Positions 38,476-49,250 of a stretch of DNA of 64,000 nucleotides are shown one piece after another (the stretch's first letter is position 1; each line of letters begins with the position of its first letter). The position numbers and the translations under genes were made by a program. The notes under the pieces were generated by a model that saw only the letters and a list, made by a program, of their open reading frames with translations, had not been told where the DNA came from and ran no database searches. This stretch comes from SAR202 cluster bacterium AC-647-P02_OGT_505m. Lineage in GTDB: Bacteria > Chloroflexota > Dehalococcoidia > Lucifugimonadales > UBA826. The stretch lies in contig VEXB01000002.1 in the NCBI GenBank assembly GCA_009391195.1, positions 20,214 through 84,213 of the forward strand. The letters are read 5' to 3'.

Positions 38476-41412
38476 TTAGTCGGCCACAGCACCCATTGGA
38501 ATTTTGGCTAGCAAAGAGTTTAGATAGGAACCTGTGTGAGATCCTTCAACTTTGGCCACGTCTTCGGGTGTCCCAACGCAAACTATTTCGCCTCCCCTGT
38601 CACCAGCACCTGGTCCCATGTCGATTAGCCAATCCGCGTTTTTGATTAGATCAAGATGATGTTCTATTAATACTACAGAGTTACCAGAATCAACTAGACG
38701 ATGCATAACTTTTAACAGATGTGCACAGTCTTCAAACGATAATCCAGTCGTTGGTTCATCCAATATGTAAAGGGTTTGTCCCGTAGCTCTTTTTGAGAGT
38801 TCAGTGGCAAGCTTGACTCTCTGTGCCTCTCCACCACTTAGTTGGGTTGCTGGTTGTCCTAGCCTTATATAACCCAGCCCAACATCTTTTAGCGTCTGCA
38901 ACTTGTTGCTGACTCTTGGGATATTTGAGAACAGATCGACGGCTTCGGTTACAGTCATTGAAAGTACGTCAGCTATGCTATGCCCCCTGTAAAGAATTTC
39001 GAGGGCTTCTCTGTTATATCTGCTCCCCACACAATCTTCACACGGCACACTGACGTCAGGAAGGAATTGCATTTCGATATTTATCTGCCCATCGCCTGAA
39101 CACGCCTCACATCTACCCCCTTTAACATTAAAGGAGAATCTGCCAGGTTTATACCCTCTACTTCTCGCTTCGGGTACTTGAGCAAAAAGTTCTCTTATAG
39201 GAGTGAATGTGCCGGTATAGGTTGCGGGATTACTTCGTGGAGTTCTACCAATCGGAGACTGGTCAATGTTCACAACTTTATCTAGGTTGTCTATTCCGCG
39301 AATTTCTTTGAAAGATCCAGGACGGTCTCTTGAACTATAGAAATGTTGTGAAAGTTTTTTGTAAAGAATTTCATTTATCAGTGTGCTTTTACCGGAGCCT
39401 GACACACCAGTGACGCAGACAAATATACCTAAAGGAATGTCCACATCTATGTCTTTGAGATTGTTTTGGGCCGCTCCTTCTATAGTGAGATACGACCCGT
39501 TGTAGGTGCGCCTGCTGGCGGGAATGTCGATCTTCTTTTTTCCTGACAGGTATTGCCCTGTAAGGGACCTAGGATTAGACATTACCTTTTTGGGTGTTCC
39601 TGATGCGACTATGTGCCCCCCGTGTTCTCCAGCTCCCGGGCCCAAATCTACAATATGATCTGCGGCCCTCATAATCGCTTCATCGTGCTCAACGATAAGT
39701 ACAGTATTCCCAACATCCCGAAGACCTTTTAGGGTATTAATTAGTCGGTCATCATCCGCAGGGTGAAGACCTATGGAAGGTTCATCACAGACATATAGTA
39801 CCCCCATCAGGCCTGAACCTATTTGGGTGGCTAGTCTGATCCTTTGTGCCTCTCCGCCACTTAAAGTTGAAGCTGTTCTGCTAAGAGTCAGATAGTCCAG
39901 CCCAATGTTTAAAAGGAATTCAAGTCGAGCCCCTATTTCCTTCAGTATCTGGGAGGCAATTGATATTTGCCTTTCAGTCAGTACCCCTTTTTCATTCAGA
40001 TTAGTAGTCCATTCATAACACGCCCTTATTGACAGGTCGGTCACGTCCATGATGGTATCTTCGTTAACAGTCACAGCAAGTGCTTCAGGTCTTAAGCGTC
40101 TTCCTTTGCAACTTTGGCAGGGTAGTGACGTCATGTATCGTTCGATATCTTTTCTAACGCTTTCGGATTCTGTCTCAGTATGCCGTCTCTCCAGATTATT
40201 AATCACTCCTTCGAATTTCGTTTTCCAACGGTACGTTCTTCCCCTTCTTGTTTTGTGATTAATCTGGATTCTCTTGCCACCGGTGCCTTGGAGAATGATG
40301 TTAAGGTGATCATCAGTTAATTTATCTATCGGTGCATTAGGATCAAATCCTATTGAGTCTGCTAGTGACAGTAATTGACTTGAATACCACGGAGACATGG
40401 ATCCTGAACGTGCCCACCCCACGATTCCTCCGTCTGTGATTGATTGTGATTTGTTTGGGATGACTAAATCTGGATCAACTACTAGTTTGTACCCGAGGCC
40501 GGCACAGATAGTGCAGGCGCCGTGTGGATTGTTAAAGCTAAAGGTGCGTGGTTCTAATTCCCCTAGATTTACATTGCAGTGCACACATGCAAAGTCTTCG
40601 GAAAAAATCATCTCGTCTCCACCTTGAACATCCACCATCACGAGACCTTCAGATTGAGATAGAGCGGCCTCCGCACTCTCCGTTACCCTGCCCTGGTCAA
40701 CAGAGCTATTGATAATGAGCCTATCAACAACAACATCGATGTTGTGCCATTTTTGTTTGTCTAAGTCGAATTTGTCCGACAGATCATGTGTCTCTCCGTC
40801 AACTCGAACTCTAACGAATCCAGCGCGCCTTGCTGATTCAAAAACGTCACGATGCTCACCCTTTCTTCTCCTCACCACTGGCGCCAGTATTTGAATCCTG
40901 CTTTCGTCGGGTAGCGATAGGATTGAATCGGCTATTTGCTGCACCGTTTGTTTTTGGATCACACGTCCACACTTGAAGCAATGTGGTGTACCTATTCGAG
41001 CAAACAAAAGTCTTAGGTAGTCATAAATTTCAGTGACTGTACCGACCGTGGATCTGGGATTGTGTGATGTCCCTTTCTGGTCGATTGAAATGGCTGGTGA
41101 GAGGCCCTCTATGTAATCGACTTCTGGCTTGTCCATTCGCCCCAGAAATTGTCTGGCATACGATGAAAGTGATTCTACATATCTTCGTTGACCTTCAGCG
41201 TAAATTGTGTCAAAAGCCAGAGAGCTTTTGCCTGAACCAGAAACGCCGGTAATAACGACCAGCTTGTTTCTAGGTATAGTCACATCAACGTTTTTGAGGT
41301 TGTGCTCCCTCGCGCCTTTGACAATTATGTTTTTAGCTAACCCATTTGATGCCAAAATTGCTGCCCTTGAAAGCTTATCTAATGAATGCAGTGCTCGATG
41401 TGATTCTATCAT
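38476..41412 (-). CDS. uvrA: Excinuclease ABC subunit A
   Basis: Two ABC modules ([10 protein letters not shown] and [15 protein letters not shown] twice) plus zinc fingers. The start is uncertain. The ORF is open to 41541, and I chose Met44 (41412) because the earlier Mets collide with the divergent aminotransferase start. Confidence 0.9.
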   Translation of the reverse strand: MIESHRALHSLDKLSRAAILASNGLAKNIIVKGAREHNLKNVDVTIPRNKLVVITGVSGSGKSSLAFDTIYAEGQRRYVESLSSYARQFLGRMDKPEVDYIEGLSPAISIDQKGTSHNPRSTVGTVTEIYDYLRLLFARIGTPHCFKCGRVIQKQTVQQIADSILSLPDESRIQILAPVVRRRKGEHRDVFESARRAGFVRVRVDGETHDLSDKFDLDKQKWHNIDVVVDRLIINSSVDQGRVTESAEAALSQSEGLVMVDVQGGDEMIFSEDFACVHCNVNLGELEPRTFSFNNPHGACTICAGLGYKLVVDPDLVIPNKSQSITDGGIVGWARSGSMSPWYSSQLLSLADSIGFDPNAPIDKLTDDHLNIILQGTGGKRIQINHKTRRGRTYRWKTKFEGVINNLERRHTETESESVRKDIERYMTSLPCQSCKGRRLRPEALAVTVNEDTIMDVTDLSIRACYEWTTNLNEKGVLTERQISIASQILKEIGARLEFLLNIGLDYLTLSRTASTLSGGEAQRIRLATQIGSGLMGVLYVCDEPSIGLHPADDDRLINTLKGLRDVGNTVLIVEHDEAIMRAADHIVDLGPGAGEHGGHIVASGTPKKVMSNPRSLTGQYLSGKKKIDIPASRRTYNGSYLTIEGAAQNNLKDIDVDIPLGIFVCVTGVSGSGKSTLINEILYKKLSQHFYSSRDRPGSFKEIRGIDNLDKVVNIDQSPIGRTPRSNPATYTGTFTPIRELFAQVPEARSRGYKPGRFSFNVKGGRCEACSGDGQINIEMQFLPDVSVPCEDCVGSRYNREALEILYRGHSIADVLSMTVTEAVDLFSNIPRVSNKLQTLKDVGLGYIRLGQPATQLSGGEAQRVKLATELSKRATGQTLYILDEPTTGLSFEDCAHLLKVMHRLVDSGNSVVLIEHHLDLIKNADWLIDMGPGAGDRGGEIVCVGTPEDVAKVEGSHTGSYLNSLLAKIPMGAVAD

Positions 41413-41503
41413 CCAAATTGAGGTTCTTAAGCTTGATGTATCTTGTGATATGGATATAGAATCCTTCGGATATCCACGATATTTATTTTTCAAGGAGATA
41501 TTC

Positions 41504-42697
41504 ATGGCACTCGACTTCCGCTCCCTTCTCGCTGACCACATCCCTGATGGAGGAAGAGGGGCACGTCCACGCAGAGGAAAGTATGACTTTGCAGTCGCAT
41601 ATCCAGATCCGGTTTCTTTGCCTCATGACAAGATAATGGAATGCCTGAGCGAGGCTTTATCAGAAACAGGGGATGATTTAGCTGTTTATCCCCATCCTCA
41701 GGGCAATACTCCTTTGAGAGAATATGTGGCTGAAAAAATTAAACGCGAAAGAGATATAAACGCGACTGCGGATGACATCATACTTGGTAATGGCTCTGGC
41801 CAACCTATAGACATGATATCCGCCATATTAGTTAACCCGGGAGATGTGGTCATAACTGATGAGTGGGTATATGGCGGGACTCTCAATACTTTAAGAAGGC
41901 ACTCGGCTGATATTCGGGGTGTATCTTCTGATGAAGAAGGAATGGATCCAGAAGCTCTGGATTTTGAGATCGCAAAGGCTGTACAAGAGGGGAAGAGACC
42001 AAAATATGTTTACCTTATTGCTACTTTCCAAAACCCACAGGGATTCACGATTACCAAAAGACGTAGAGAGCAGTTATTGGAAGTGACACACAGGCATGGA
42101 GTCCCCATTTTAGAGGACGATTGTTACGCCGATAATCGATATGGTGGGGAGCAGGTTACCTCGATGTATAACCTGGACGATCAAAACAGCGTGATGTATG
42201 TGGGCTCATTCTCAAAAATTATTGCGCCTGGAATGAGCTTGGGATATATGACAGGTCCAGACGACGTTTTGGATCGTGCAATGACTGTTAAAAGCGGTCG
42301 TATAAGTGAATTTACCGCTATGGCCGTTGAAAAATTTGCGCGCAGGTATCTAGACGCCCACGTGGAGGAGATCAACAGTATCCAGCGTGTTAAACGCGAC
42401 GCGATGCTGGCTTCGCTTGGCGAAAATTTCGGAACTGGAGCTGAGTGGAGTGATCCAGACGGTGGACTGTATATCTGGATGAAATTGAATGATGATGCGG
42501 ATATGGTTTCACTAAGTGCAAAGGCCTTAGAAGAAATAGATGTAGGTTTTCACCCAGGTACCAACTATTCTCCAGATGGTGCCAGCGGAAGGAGTTACAT
42601 AAGATTATGCTATGGCTATAACCAGCCGGAGGAAATAGAGGAAGGGATAGGTAAGCTTGGTGACTTTCTTGCCAAAGAGGGAGCCTTGCAGTCCTGA
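41504..42697 (+). CDS. PLP-dependent aminotransferase (class I/II fold)
   Basis: ATG at 41504 preceded by [19 protein letters not shown]-lysine motif. The upstream part of ORF 41207.. is antisense to uvrA and is not counted. Confidence 0.82.
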   Translation: MALDFRSLLADHIPDGGRGARPRRGKYDFAVAYPDPVSLPHDKIMECLSEALSETGDDLAVYPHPQGNTPLREYVAEKIKRERDINATADDIILGNGSGQPIDMISAILVNPGDVVITDEWVYGGTLNTLRRHSADIRGVSSDEEGMDPEALDFEIAKAVQEGKRPKYVYLIATFQNPQGFTITKRRREQLLEVTHRHGVPILEDDCYADNRYGGEQVTSMYNLDDQNSVMYVGSFSKIIAPGMSLGYMTGPDDVLDRAMTVKSGRISEFTAMAVEKFARRYLDAHVEEINSIQRVKRDAMLASLGENFGTGAEWSDPDGGLYIWMKLNDDADMVSLSAKALEEIDVGFHPGTNYSPDGASGRSYIRLCYGYNQPEEIEEGIGKLGDFLAKEGALQS

Positions 42698-42706
42698 TAG
42701 GTTTTT

Positions 42707-43357
42707 TTAATGCCTACTGAACCTAAGTTTCACTTCTAATTCTGACTGAATTAACAGGTTGGCGTTTGCCTTTTCCAGATGGTCTTTGCACGCGGCTAGG
42801 CGCTCACGGCACGAATTATTACCTAAGATGTCTTGCTTTTTAGCCATGTCTATTTGAAGTAATTGTGCTAGGAAGTAGGATAATTCAACTGGGTGTGGTG
42901 GGGTGCGGGTATGATCCACCCACCCTCCGCTTATGCTTAAAAGATGTTTAACGTGTGTAGACGCCGCTTCTTTAGTTGATTCCAGCTCAATTTCAGGAAT
43001 GTATGGGTCATCATCTAATTCCCCGACCTCAACCTTGGCATTCAGGTATGGAGTATCTTGCAAAATCTCTCTTATTTTGAAACGTTCTGTACCTAACGCA
43101 CTAAGGTATATTCGACCACCTGAAATCTCTCTCATATTTGTTATCTTCGCGACGGTGCCAACTTCGTGAGGAATCGATGGCCCTCCTACCTCTTCACCTT
43201 CCTTGATCAAGACCACGCCAAACATATCGTCGGTAGCCCGACAGTCATTAATCATTGTTTTATATCTATCTTCAAATATATTTAGAGGTATGGTTGATCC
43301 TGGAAAGAGGACTGTGTGAAGAGGGAACAGAGGTAGGTCTCTTATTTCTATTGTCAT
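42707..43357 (-). CDS. LON N-terminal (substrate-binding) domain protein
   Basis: 216 aa. LPLFPLHTVLFPGSTIPLNIFEDRY is typical of the Lon N-terminal domain. No ATPase or protease domain. Confidence 0.75.
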   Translation of the reverse strand: MTIEIRDLPLFPLHTVLFPGSTIPLNIFEDRYKTMINDCRATDDMFGVVLIKEGEEVGGPSIPHEVGTVAKITNMREISGGRIYLSALGTERFKIREILQDTPYLNAKVEVGELDDDPYIPEIELESTKEAASTHVKHLLSISGGWVDHTRTPPHPVELSYFLAQLLQIDMAKKQDILGNNSCRERLAACKDHLEKANANLLIQSELEVKLRFSRH

Positions 43358-43540
43358 TGTCGACTAGGTCCTCTGTTGCTGAACGTAATTCATAGGTTAC
43401 ATTTGGGTCGCTAATGTCCAAAATATGAATTTTAAGTTTGACAGTAATTTATCACTTGATACCCTAGATATGAAGAATGTGCATCTAAAGCAGATATAAA
43501 CAGAGTAGCATGCTGCCTAGGTCAGTTGGGAGTTAACCTT

Positions 43541-44695
43541 ATGAAAGAGGTATTTGAAGACGCTGTAGAAAAGCTTGGAAAAGGTGAGCCTGTAGTTGTT
43601 GCTACTGTTATTAGAACGAAAGGATCGACGCCTCAGAAACCCGGAGCCAAGCTTTTAGTAAGACAGGATGGCTCTGGAACCGGAACGTTGGGCGGAGGCT
43701 GTGTGGAAGGAGATATATGGTTTGCAGCCAAGCAACTTATGCAGAGGGGTGGAGCAGCGGAATATAAGGAATACGAACTCAATGAAGAACTTGCTGCAGA
43801 GGATGGCCTCGTCTGCGGTGGAACTATGTATTTTCTAATTGATCCCGTTTACAGCCCAGGCGATTATCTCCCCTATGCTGAAGAAATCTCAGGAGCTTAT
43901 CAGGGAGAAGGATCTGTTGCTTTAGCCACTGTTATTAAATCGGGTGATGATGGGACTTCAGTGATAGGTGATAAATTATTCATTCGCGAAAATGGTGAAA
44001 CTGAGGGATCTCTGGGAAGTGAAGATTTAGACGTAGCAGCTATTGACAAGGCTTTTGAACTAATGGTGCATGGGCGTAATGAATATGTAACCACGGCTAC
44101 AGGAGCCGAGTACTTTATTGAGGCTTATACAACCCCACCGCAACTTGTAATTTGTGGAGGCGGACATGTGTCAAGAGCCTTAGCTTCCTTGGCCAAACCT
44201 TTGGAATTTCGATTGTTTATAACGGATGATAGAGAAGAATTTGCCAACCAAACTAGATTTCCCGAAGCTGACATTGTTGTTAATGAAAAACCTGAAGAGG
44301 CTTTGCCCACCCTTCCGATTAACCCGAACACATTCATCGTTGTCGCAACCAGGGGCCACAGATATGACAATACAGCTCTTCTTGCCGCAGCCAAAACCCC
44401 TGCCAAGTATGTTGGGTTGATGGGGAGTAAGAGAAAAACAATTTTAATATATGAAGATTTGATGAGAGGTGAACTGACTCTAGAAAGAATTAGGGAAATT
44501 CGTTCACCGATTGGTCTTGATATCAGAGCGAGAACACCTGAAGAGATAGCCATCAGCATAATGTCGGAAATATTGATGTTCCGACTTGGTGGTAGCGGCT
44601 CACCAATGAAATTAGATGACTCTCAACTCGAAAGAATTGAGAAAAAGGTGGCAGGAACACCTAATCAGCCTTCTGGGCAGCCAATAAACCTTTAG
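43541..44695 (+). CDS. XdhC/CoxI family molybdenum-cofactor insertion chaperone
   Basis: N-terminal VATVIRTKGSTPQKPGAK and a Rossmann-like ICGGGHV. ATG at 43541 with GGGAG upstream. Confidence 0.85.
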   Translation: MKEVFEDAVEKLGKGEPVVVATVIRTKGSTPQKPGAKLLVRQDGSGTGTLGGGCVEGDIWFAAKQLMQRGGAAEYKEYELNEELAAEDGLVCGGTMYFLIDPVYSPGDYLPYAEEISGAYQGEGSVALATVIKSGDDGTSVIGDKLFIRENGETEGSLGSEDLDVAAIDKAFELMVHGRNEYVTTATGAEYFIEAYTTPPQLVICGGGHVSRALASLAKPLEFRLFITDDREEFANQTRFPEADIVVNEKPEEALPTLPINPNTFIVVATRGHRYDNTALLAAAKTPAKYVGLMGSKRKTILIYEDLMRGELTLERIREIRSPIGLDIRARTPEEIAISIMSEILMFRLGGSGSPMKLDDSQLERIEKKVAGTPNQPSGQPINL

Positions 44696-44701
44696 TCAAA
44701 A

Positions 44702-45298
44702 GTGTTTCATGCTACAGCTATATTAACCGCTGCTGGATACTCAAGTAGAATGGGTCGCTCGAAGTCCCTTTTACCTTGGAACGGAACTACCCTAATCAAA
44801 CATCAAGTATGTTCACTCCGTCGGGGTGGATGCTGTGAGGTTGTTGTTGTTCTTGGTCATCAGTCGGATGAGCTTAGTAGTGAACTTGACGGGCTGGATG
44901 TCATTCTGGCAGAAAATATTGACTACAAGACGGGGCGGATTTCCTCCATTAAGTGTGGGGTACAGACCGCGTCATCAGAGACTGATTGTTATGTTTTGCT
45001 GGGTGTGGATCAGCCCAGACATTTTTCTATAGTAGCCACTTTAATAAAAAGTCACGTGAGAACAAAATCACTTGTAACGTCTCCAAGATTTGAGGAAAAA
45101 GGCGGGCACCCAGTCATTTTTTCTTCCAAATTGAGGGAGGAGATTCTCGCTCTTGAAGAGGGGGATGGAGGTTTGCGCAAGGTGTTTAATGAATACAGAG
45201 ATGTGGTGAATGAAGTTAAATTCTCGGATCAAGAAATACATCTTGACCTTAATACATTGGAAGAATATGAAACAGCTTTATCTAAATATTCCAGATAA
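44702..45298 (+). CDS. MobA/MocA-like nucleotidyltransferase (molybdenum cofactor cytidylyl/guanylyl transferase)
   Basis: 198 aa. AILTAAGYSSRMGRSKSLLPW N-terminal motif. Lies directly after xdhC. Confidence 0.78.
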   Translation: MFHATAILTAAGYSSRMGRSKSLLPWNGTTLIKHQVCSLRRGGCCEVVVVLGHQSDELSSELDGLDVILAENIDYKTGRISSIKCGVQTASSETDCYVLLGVDQPRHFSIVATLIKSHVRTKSLVTSPRFEEKGGHPVIFSSKLREEILALEEGDGGLRKVFNEYRDVVNEVKFSDQEIHLDLNTLEEYETALSKYSR

Positions 45299-45308
45299 CC
45301 TACTTCGC

Positions 45309-47216
45309 TTAATTTACCCACTGATCTAAGGCATTCCGTAATTCCTCGTTAAGTGCGCTGTGCTCAATTCCGAGATCTCTAATTCGTTCTAGGTCAGCGT
45401 CTCCGGTGGATACAGACAGCTCTATCTCAATTTCTTGAACCCGTTTTTCAAGCCTGTCTATTATCTCTTCTCGGTTTGGTTTCGTATTGTGCTTCTTTGA
45501 TTTGATCCTATTTTTGGGTCGTTGTTTCTTTTGTTTTTTACCTTTACCAGGGATTTGTATTTTCTGGTCTGGCAATTTGGATTTGGAGGGTAGGGGAGTG
45601 GAGATTTTCTGACTGTTTTGCCCCTGCCATTCTTCATATGTTCCGTCGAACGTATCAACTTTTCCACCGTGGATGATCCATAAATTGTTAGCGAGCAGAG
45701 AAATTAGATGTCTATCGTGGGTTACAAATAAAATAGTACCTTTAAAGCCAGTAAGCATTTCCTCTAGAGCTTCTCTACTCGGAATATCCAAGTGTGTAGT
45801 AGGTTCGTCTAAAATCAGGACATTTGGTTCTAGGATCAGTAACCGTGCAAGAGCGAGTCTGCCTCTCTCCCCTCCACTGAGAGAGGAAACTTTCTCGAAT
45901 ATTTCTTCACCTCTAAAAAGGAAACGTGCCAAAAACCCGCGGGCCTCTCCTATTGGGAGGTTTTTTATTTGGAGCAAAGCTTCCATAACTGTTAAATTTG
46001 GAGGGATTTCGTCAGAGCCTTGGCGAAAGTAGCCTGTTTTCACATTGTGGCCCAGAGATGACTTTCCTTCGAGAGCAGGTATATCGCTGAGTAATGTTTT
46101 TAGAAGAGTTGTCTTTCCTATGCCGTTATTACCTATAATTGCGGTTGTTGTTCCCCTATGGATTTCCGTGTCAGGCACTTCGAATAAGGTTACTTTTCCG
46201 CCCTCACTGTCGATAAAACCTACTTCGAGGTCTGTTGTTCTGAGGACAATTTCACCCGTTCTGGTCGCTTCGGATGATCGGATGGCTACAGTTTCTTCTA
46301 CAGCCGGAGCATCAATCATATTAATCTTATCTAGCCTTTTCGCTCTACCTCTGGCCTCTTTTGATCTCTGGCCTGCGTGATAGCGCGCTATGAAGTATTC
46401 CTCCCTGCGGATATGCTCCTGTTGTTTTCGATATTCTTTTGAAAGTCGTTCATTTTCCTCAGCTTTCAAAATTTTATATTTTGAGTAATTACCTGGAAAA
46501 GTCTTCATTCTAGCCCTGTCGATTTCCCATATTTCAGTTACTACCCGATCTAAAAAATACCTGTCATGGGAGACCACAATGAAAGCATTACGGAATGTTG
46601 AAAGAAACCCTTCGAGCCACTCTAAACCATTGAAGTCCAGATAGTTTGTTGGCTCGTCTAGAACCAATATATCTGGATCTCCAAGTAAGGCTGTTGCTAA
46701 AGCTGCTCGAGTTCGCTCTCCGCCACTTGCATCTATGGTGAGGGTGTCCAGTATTTCTTCAGATAAGCCAACGCCAGCTACCACACGTTCTATTGCGTTG
46801 TGATAATCGTATCCGCCCTCTGACTCATATCTGTCAACTAGGGAAGAGTATCTTCGTTCTGCTCTTTTACGACCGGATCCTTGGGTCTGTTGAATTTCCA
46901 GAGCACTTTCAGCCATTTGCTCTTCTAGGTCTATTAAATGACGAAAAGTTTCTATTATTTGTTCTCGTAACGTACCTGACCCTGATTGCATGGCGGTCTG
47001 AGGTACGTAACCTATTCGAAGTTGTTCAGGACGAAATATTGTCCCGCTATCATAGTCTTGTTCGCCTAGGAGAACTCTCAGTAAAGATGTCTTGCCACTA
47101 CCATTGGGTCCAACTATCCCTATCCGTGCCTTCTCATTTACTTGAAGAGTTATATCGCCGAAAATTTCCATTTCAGCGTAGTGAAGTCCAAGTTGTGAAG
47201 CGCCTATTACAGCCAT
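45309..47216 (-). CDS. ABC-F family ATPase (translation/ribosome-associated type)
   Basis: 635 aa. Two ABC cassettes (GPNGSGKTS and GNNGIGKTT, two LSGGE signatures) without TM domains, and a Lys-rich C-terminal coiled coil. Confidence 0.88.
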   Translation of the reverse strand: MAVIGASQLGLHYAEMEIFGDITLQVNEKARIGIVGPNGSGKTSLLRVLLGEQDYDSGTIFRPEQLRIGYVPQTAMQSGSGTLREQIIETFRHLIDLEEQMAESALEIQQTQGSGRKRAERRYSSLVDRYESEGGYDYHNAIERVVAGVGLSEEILDTLTIDASGGERTRAALATALLGDPDILVLDEPTNYLDFNGLEWLEGFLSTFRNAFIVVSHDRYFLDRVVTEIWEIDRARMKTFPGNYSKYKILKAEENERLSKEYRKQQEHIRREEYFIARYHAGQRSKEARGRAKRLDKINMIDAPAVEETVAIRSSEATRTGEIVLRTTDLEVGFIDSEGGKVTLFEVPDTEIHRGTTTAIIGNNGIGKTTLLKTLLSDIPALEGKSSLGHNVKTGYFRQGSDEIPPNLTVMEALLQIKNLPIGEARGFLARFLFRGEEIFEKVSSLSGGERGRLALARLLILEPNVLILDEPTTHLDIPSREALEEMLTGFKGTILFVTHDRHLISLLANNLWIIHGGKVDTFDGTYEEWQGQNSQKISTPLPSKSKLPDQKIQIPGKGKKQKKQRPKNRIKSKKHNTKPNREEIIDRLEKRVQEIEIELSVSTGDADLERIRDLGIEHSALNEELRNALDQWVN

Positions 47217-47344
47217 TTTGTTAGTACTATATTATTCCAGTTGGATTCAATAAATTTTACCAAAGCTTTTATGCCAGTACTTTGTTATTAAAATGATCCA
47301 GCATTTAATAACGCCGATACTGTTACTTTTTGGAGGTTTTTAAT

Positions 47345-47542
47345 TTGCTCGGGTTTCTACTTAATTTTCCTCTGCATCATTCTGAAGCGGCTGACCCTGA
47401 TCTAATGGTTTGGATAATTGACAAACTGACCCATCTATTTGGGGGAGATTTGGCAACAATCGCAATAGCTTTATTAATACTAATTGTTTTAATTCCCATA
47501 GTAATAGTTATTTCGAGGAGGCTATTCAATACCTTTGATTAA
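47345..47542 (+). CDS. Hypothetical small membrane protein
   Basis: 65 aa from a TTG at 47345, 8 nt after GGAGG (47332-47336). C-terminal TM helix IAIALLILIVLIPIVIVI. No family recognised. Confidence 0.35.
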   Translation: MLGFLLNFPLHHSEAADPDLMVWIIDKLTHLFGGDLATIAIALLILIVLIPIVIVISRRLFNTFD

Positions 47543-48123
47543 AATGGTGCGTCCCACAAGGCAAACCAGTTTTCTGGCGTTTCTACCGGTAACCCACTGG
47601 ATCTAAATAATTGTCCCAGCGCCATTTCTTTTTCATGATTCCTTCCTCGAGATGCTGGAGCCATATTGTGATCTTCGTTTGATTCAGTCTTTTTTTCGGG
47701 AATAAAAGGATAAAACCTGGCTGTTCTGTAGTTGCAAATCCAGTACGATTCCTCTTTTTCGAAGGTCCCTTTAAATATTGCCGCGATCATGCGGTCTCCT
47801 GTTTCCTGTACCCAAATTGCTGCACTAATATCATCTATTGCCGTGACCAAATCATGAAACGGAGCCTTTTCTAAAATAATCCATTTTGTGCCATGATCAT
47901 CTGATCCTAACTTGAATTGCGGAGGATTCTTAGTTTGATCCATTAAATGGATCACAGTGTTATGCAAATCCCTGAAAAATTCTCGGTCGTCAGGACTTAG
48001 TAGTATGGCTGCTTTTGTGTGTGGGGTTACTGCTTCAAGTTCGGCAAATAAAGAGATTTTCTTAAGTATTTCAGAAGCTGTAAGCTTGGGGGTTTTGGAG
48101 AACAAGGATCGCAAAAAAAACAT
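47539..48123 (-). CDS. Hypothetical protein, co-directional with htpX
   Basis: 194 aa soluble protein with no motif I can name. Lies 26 nt downstream of htpX on the same strand. Confidence 0.6.
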   Translation of the reverse strand: MFFLRSLFSKTPKLTASEILKKISLFAELEAVTPHTKAAILLSPDDREFFRDLHNTVIHLMDQTKNPPQFKLGSDDHGTKWIILEKAPFHDLVTAIDDISAAIWVQETGDRMIAAIFKGTFEKEESYWICNYRTARFYPFIPEKKTESNEDHNMAPASRGRNHEKEMALGQLFRSSGLPVETPENWFALWDAPF

Positions 48124-48149
48124 AAATTTTTACTTAATATACCTTCAGA

Positions 48150-49085
48150 CTATCTTGAAAGTATGTGCCAGTTATTTCGCTGGATTTCCATAAGACGTTC
48201 TACTCGGCTTTCGGTTGAAGGATGGCTGGACATCATTGAAGCTATCGACATACCTTGCAATGCTGGCACTATAAAAAACGCGTTAGCATGTTCAACTTGT
48301 CGCAGGTCTTTTTCGGGAATTATGGCTATTTGGCCACTGATTTTTTGGAGTGCTGAGGCAAGTGCTTGCGGTGTTCCAGTGATTATTGCTCCGTCTCTGT
48401 CAGCAGCGTACTCGCGGTATCGTGACAATGCCATCGTTAGCATTTGACTCACAAAATATACGATTATTATCCCTATATATGCCATCATTATCATAGCCCA
48501 AATTTGGCCCCCACCTTCTCTTCTATGTCCTCCCCCAAATCCTCCAAACAGACTCATCCAGAACATCATTTGCATAAGGTATCCAGATACAACGACAATC
48601 AGGCTGGCCCATGTCATTACTGCAACATCCCTATTTTTGACGTGTGCTAGTTCATGTCCAAGAACTGCCTCCAATTCTTCTTCATTTAGTCTATTTAACA
48701 GGCCTCTGGTTACGGCTACCGTAGCTTGTTTTGGACTTCGGCCTGTTGCAAATGCATTTGGTACCTCAACCTCCATGATAGCTATATTCTTTGGTTTTGG
48801 TATTTTTGCCTCCACGGACAAGCGCTCTATTATTTCGTGAAGTTTAGGTTCTTCGGTATTGGTTACAACCTTTGCTCCAGTAGTCTTGAGAACCAATTTG
48901 TCTGAGAAGAAGTACTGAAAAAACACCATTCCGATACCCATAATAATCACAAGTTCAAAGGGTAATCCTGTGAAAAGTAAGATACCAAATAATGCGACGT
49001 ATGTGAGTGCGAGCAGGAAACCAGTGAATATCATTCTAATAGTAAGGCCATGGTCCTTACCTATAGCTTTACCACGTTCATTCAT
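48150..49085 (-). CDS. htpX: M48 family zinc metalloprotease HtpX
   Basis: 311 aa with HELAHVKNRD and four TM segments. Confidence 0.9.
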   Translation of the reverse strand: MNERGKAIGKDHGLTIRMIFTGFLLALTYVALFGILLFTGLPFELVIIMGIGMVFFQYFFSDKLVLKTTGAKVVTNTEEPKLHEIIERLSVEAKIPKPKNIAIMEVEVPNAFATGRSPKQATVAVTRGLLNRLNEEELEAVLGHELAHVKNRDVAVMTWASLIVVVSGYLMQMMFWMSLFGGFGGGHRREGGGQIWAMIMMAYIGIIIVYFVSQMLTMALSRYREYAADRDGAIITGTPQALASALQKISGQIAIIPEKDLRQVEHANAFFIVPALQGMSIASMMSSHPSTESRVERLMEIQRNNWHILSR

Positions 49086-49250
49086 AAAACTTACTCACAT
49101 TGAGAATCAAACAGTATCTTATGGTTTTTTAATTCAATCTGGTTATTATTTATTATAACTTGCTATAACGGGAAGTTTTGTATGGTAATTTCACCGCCTC
49201 TGTTAACATTTATTTAATTTCTCTACCCACACTCATACCAATGGGAAATA

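Noticed and set aside
41207-41503. N-terminal 99 codons of the 496-aa ORF upstream of the aminotransferase.
   Set aside because: This stretch is antisense to the conserved N-terminal ABC domain of uvrA. The aminotransferase homology begins at the ATG at 41504, which has a strong RBS.
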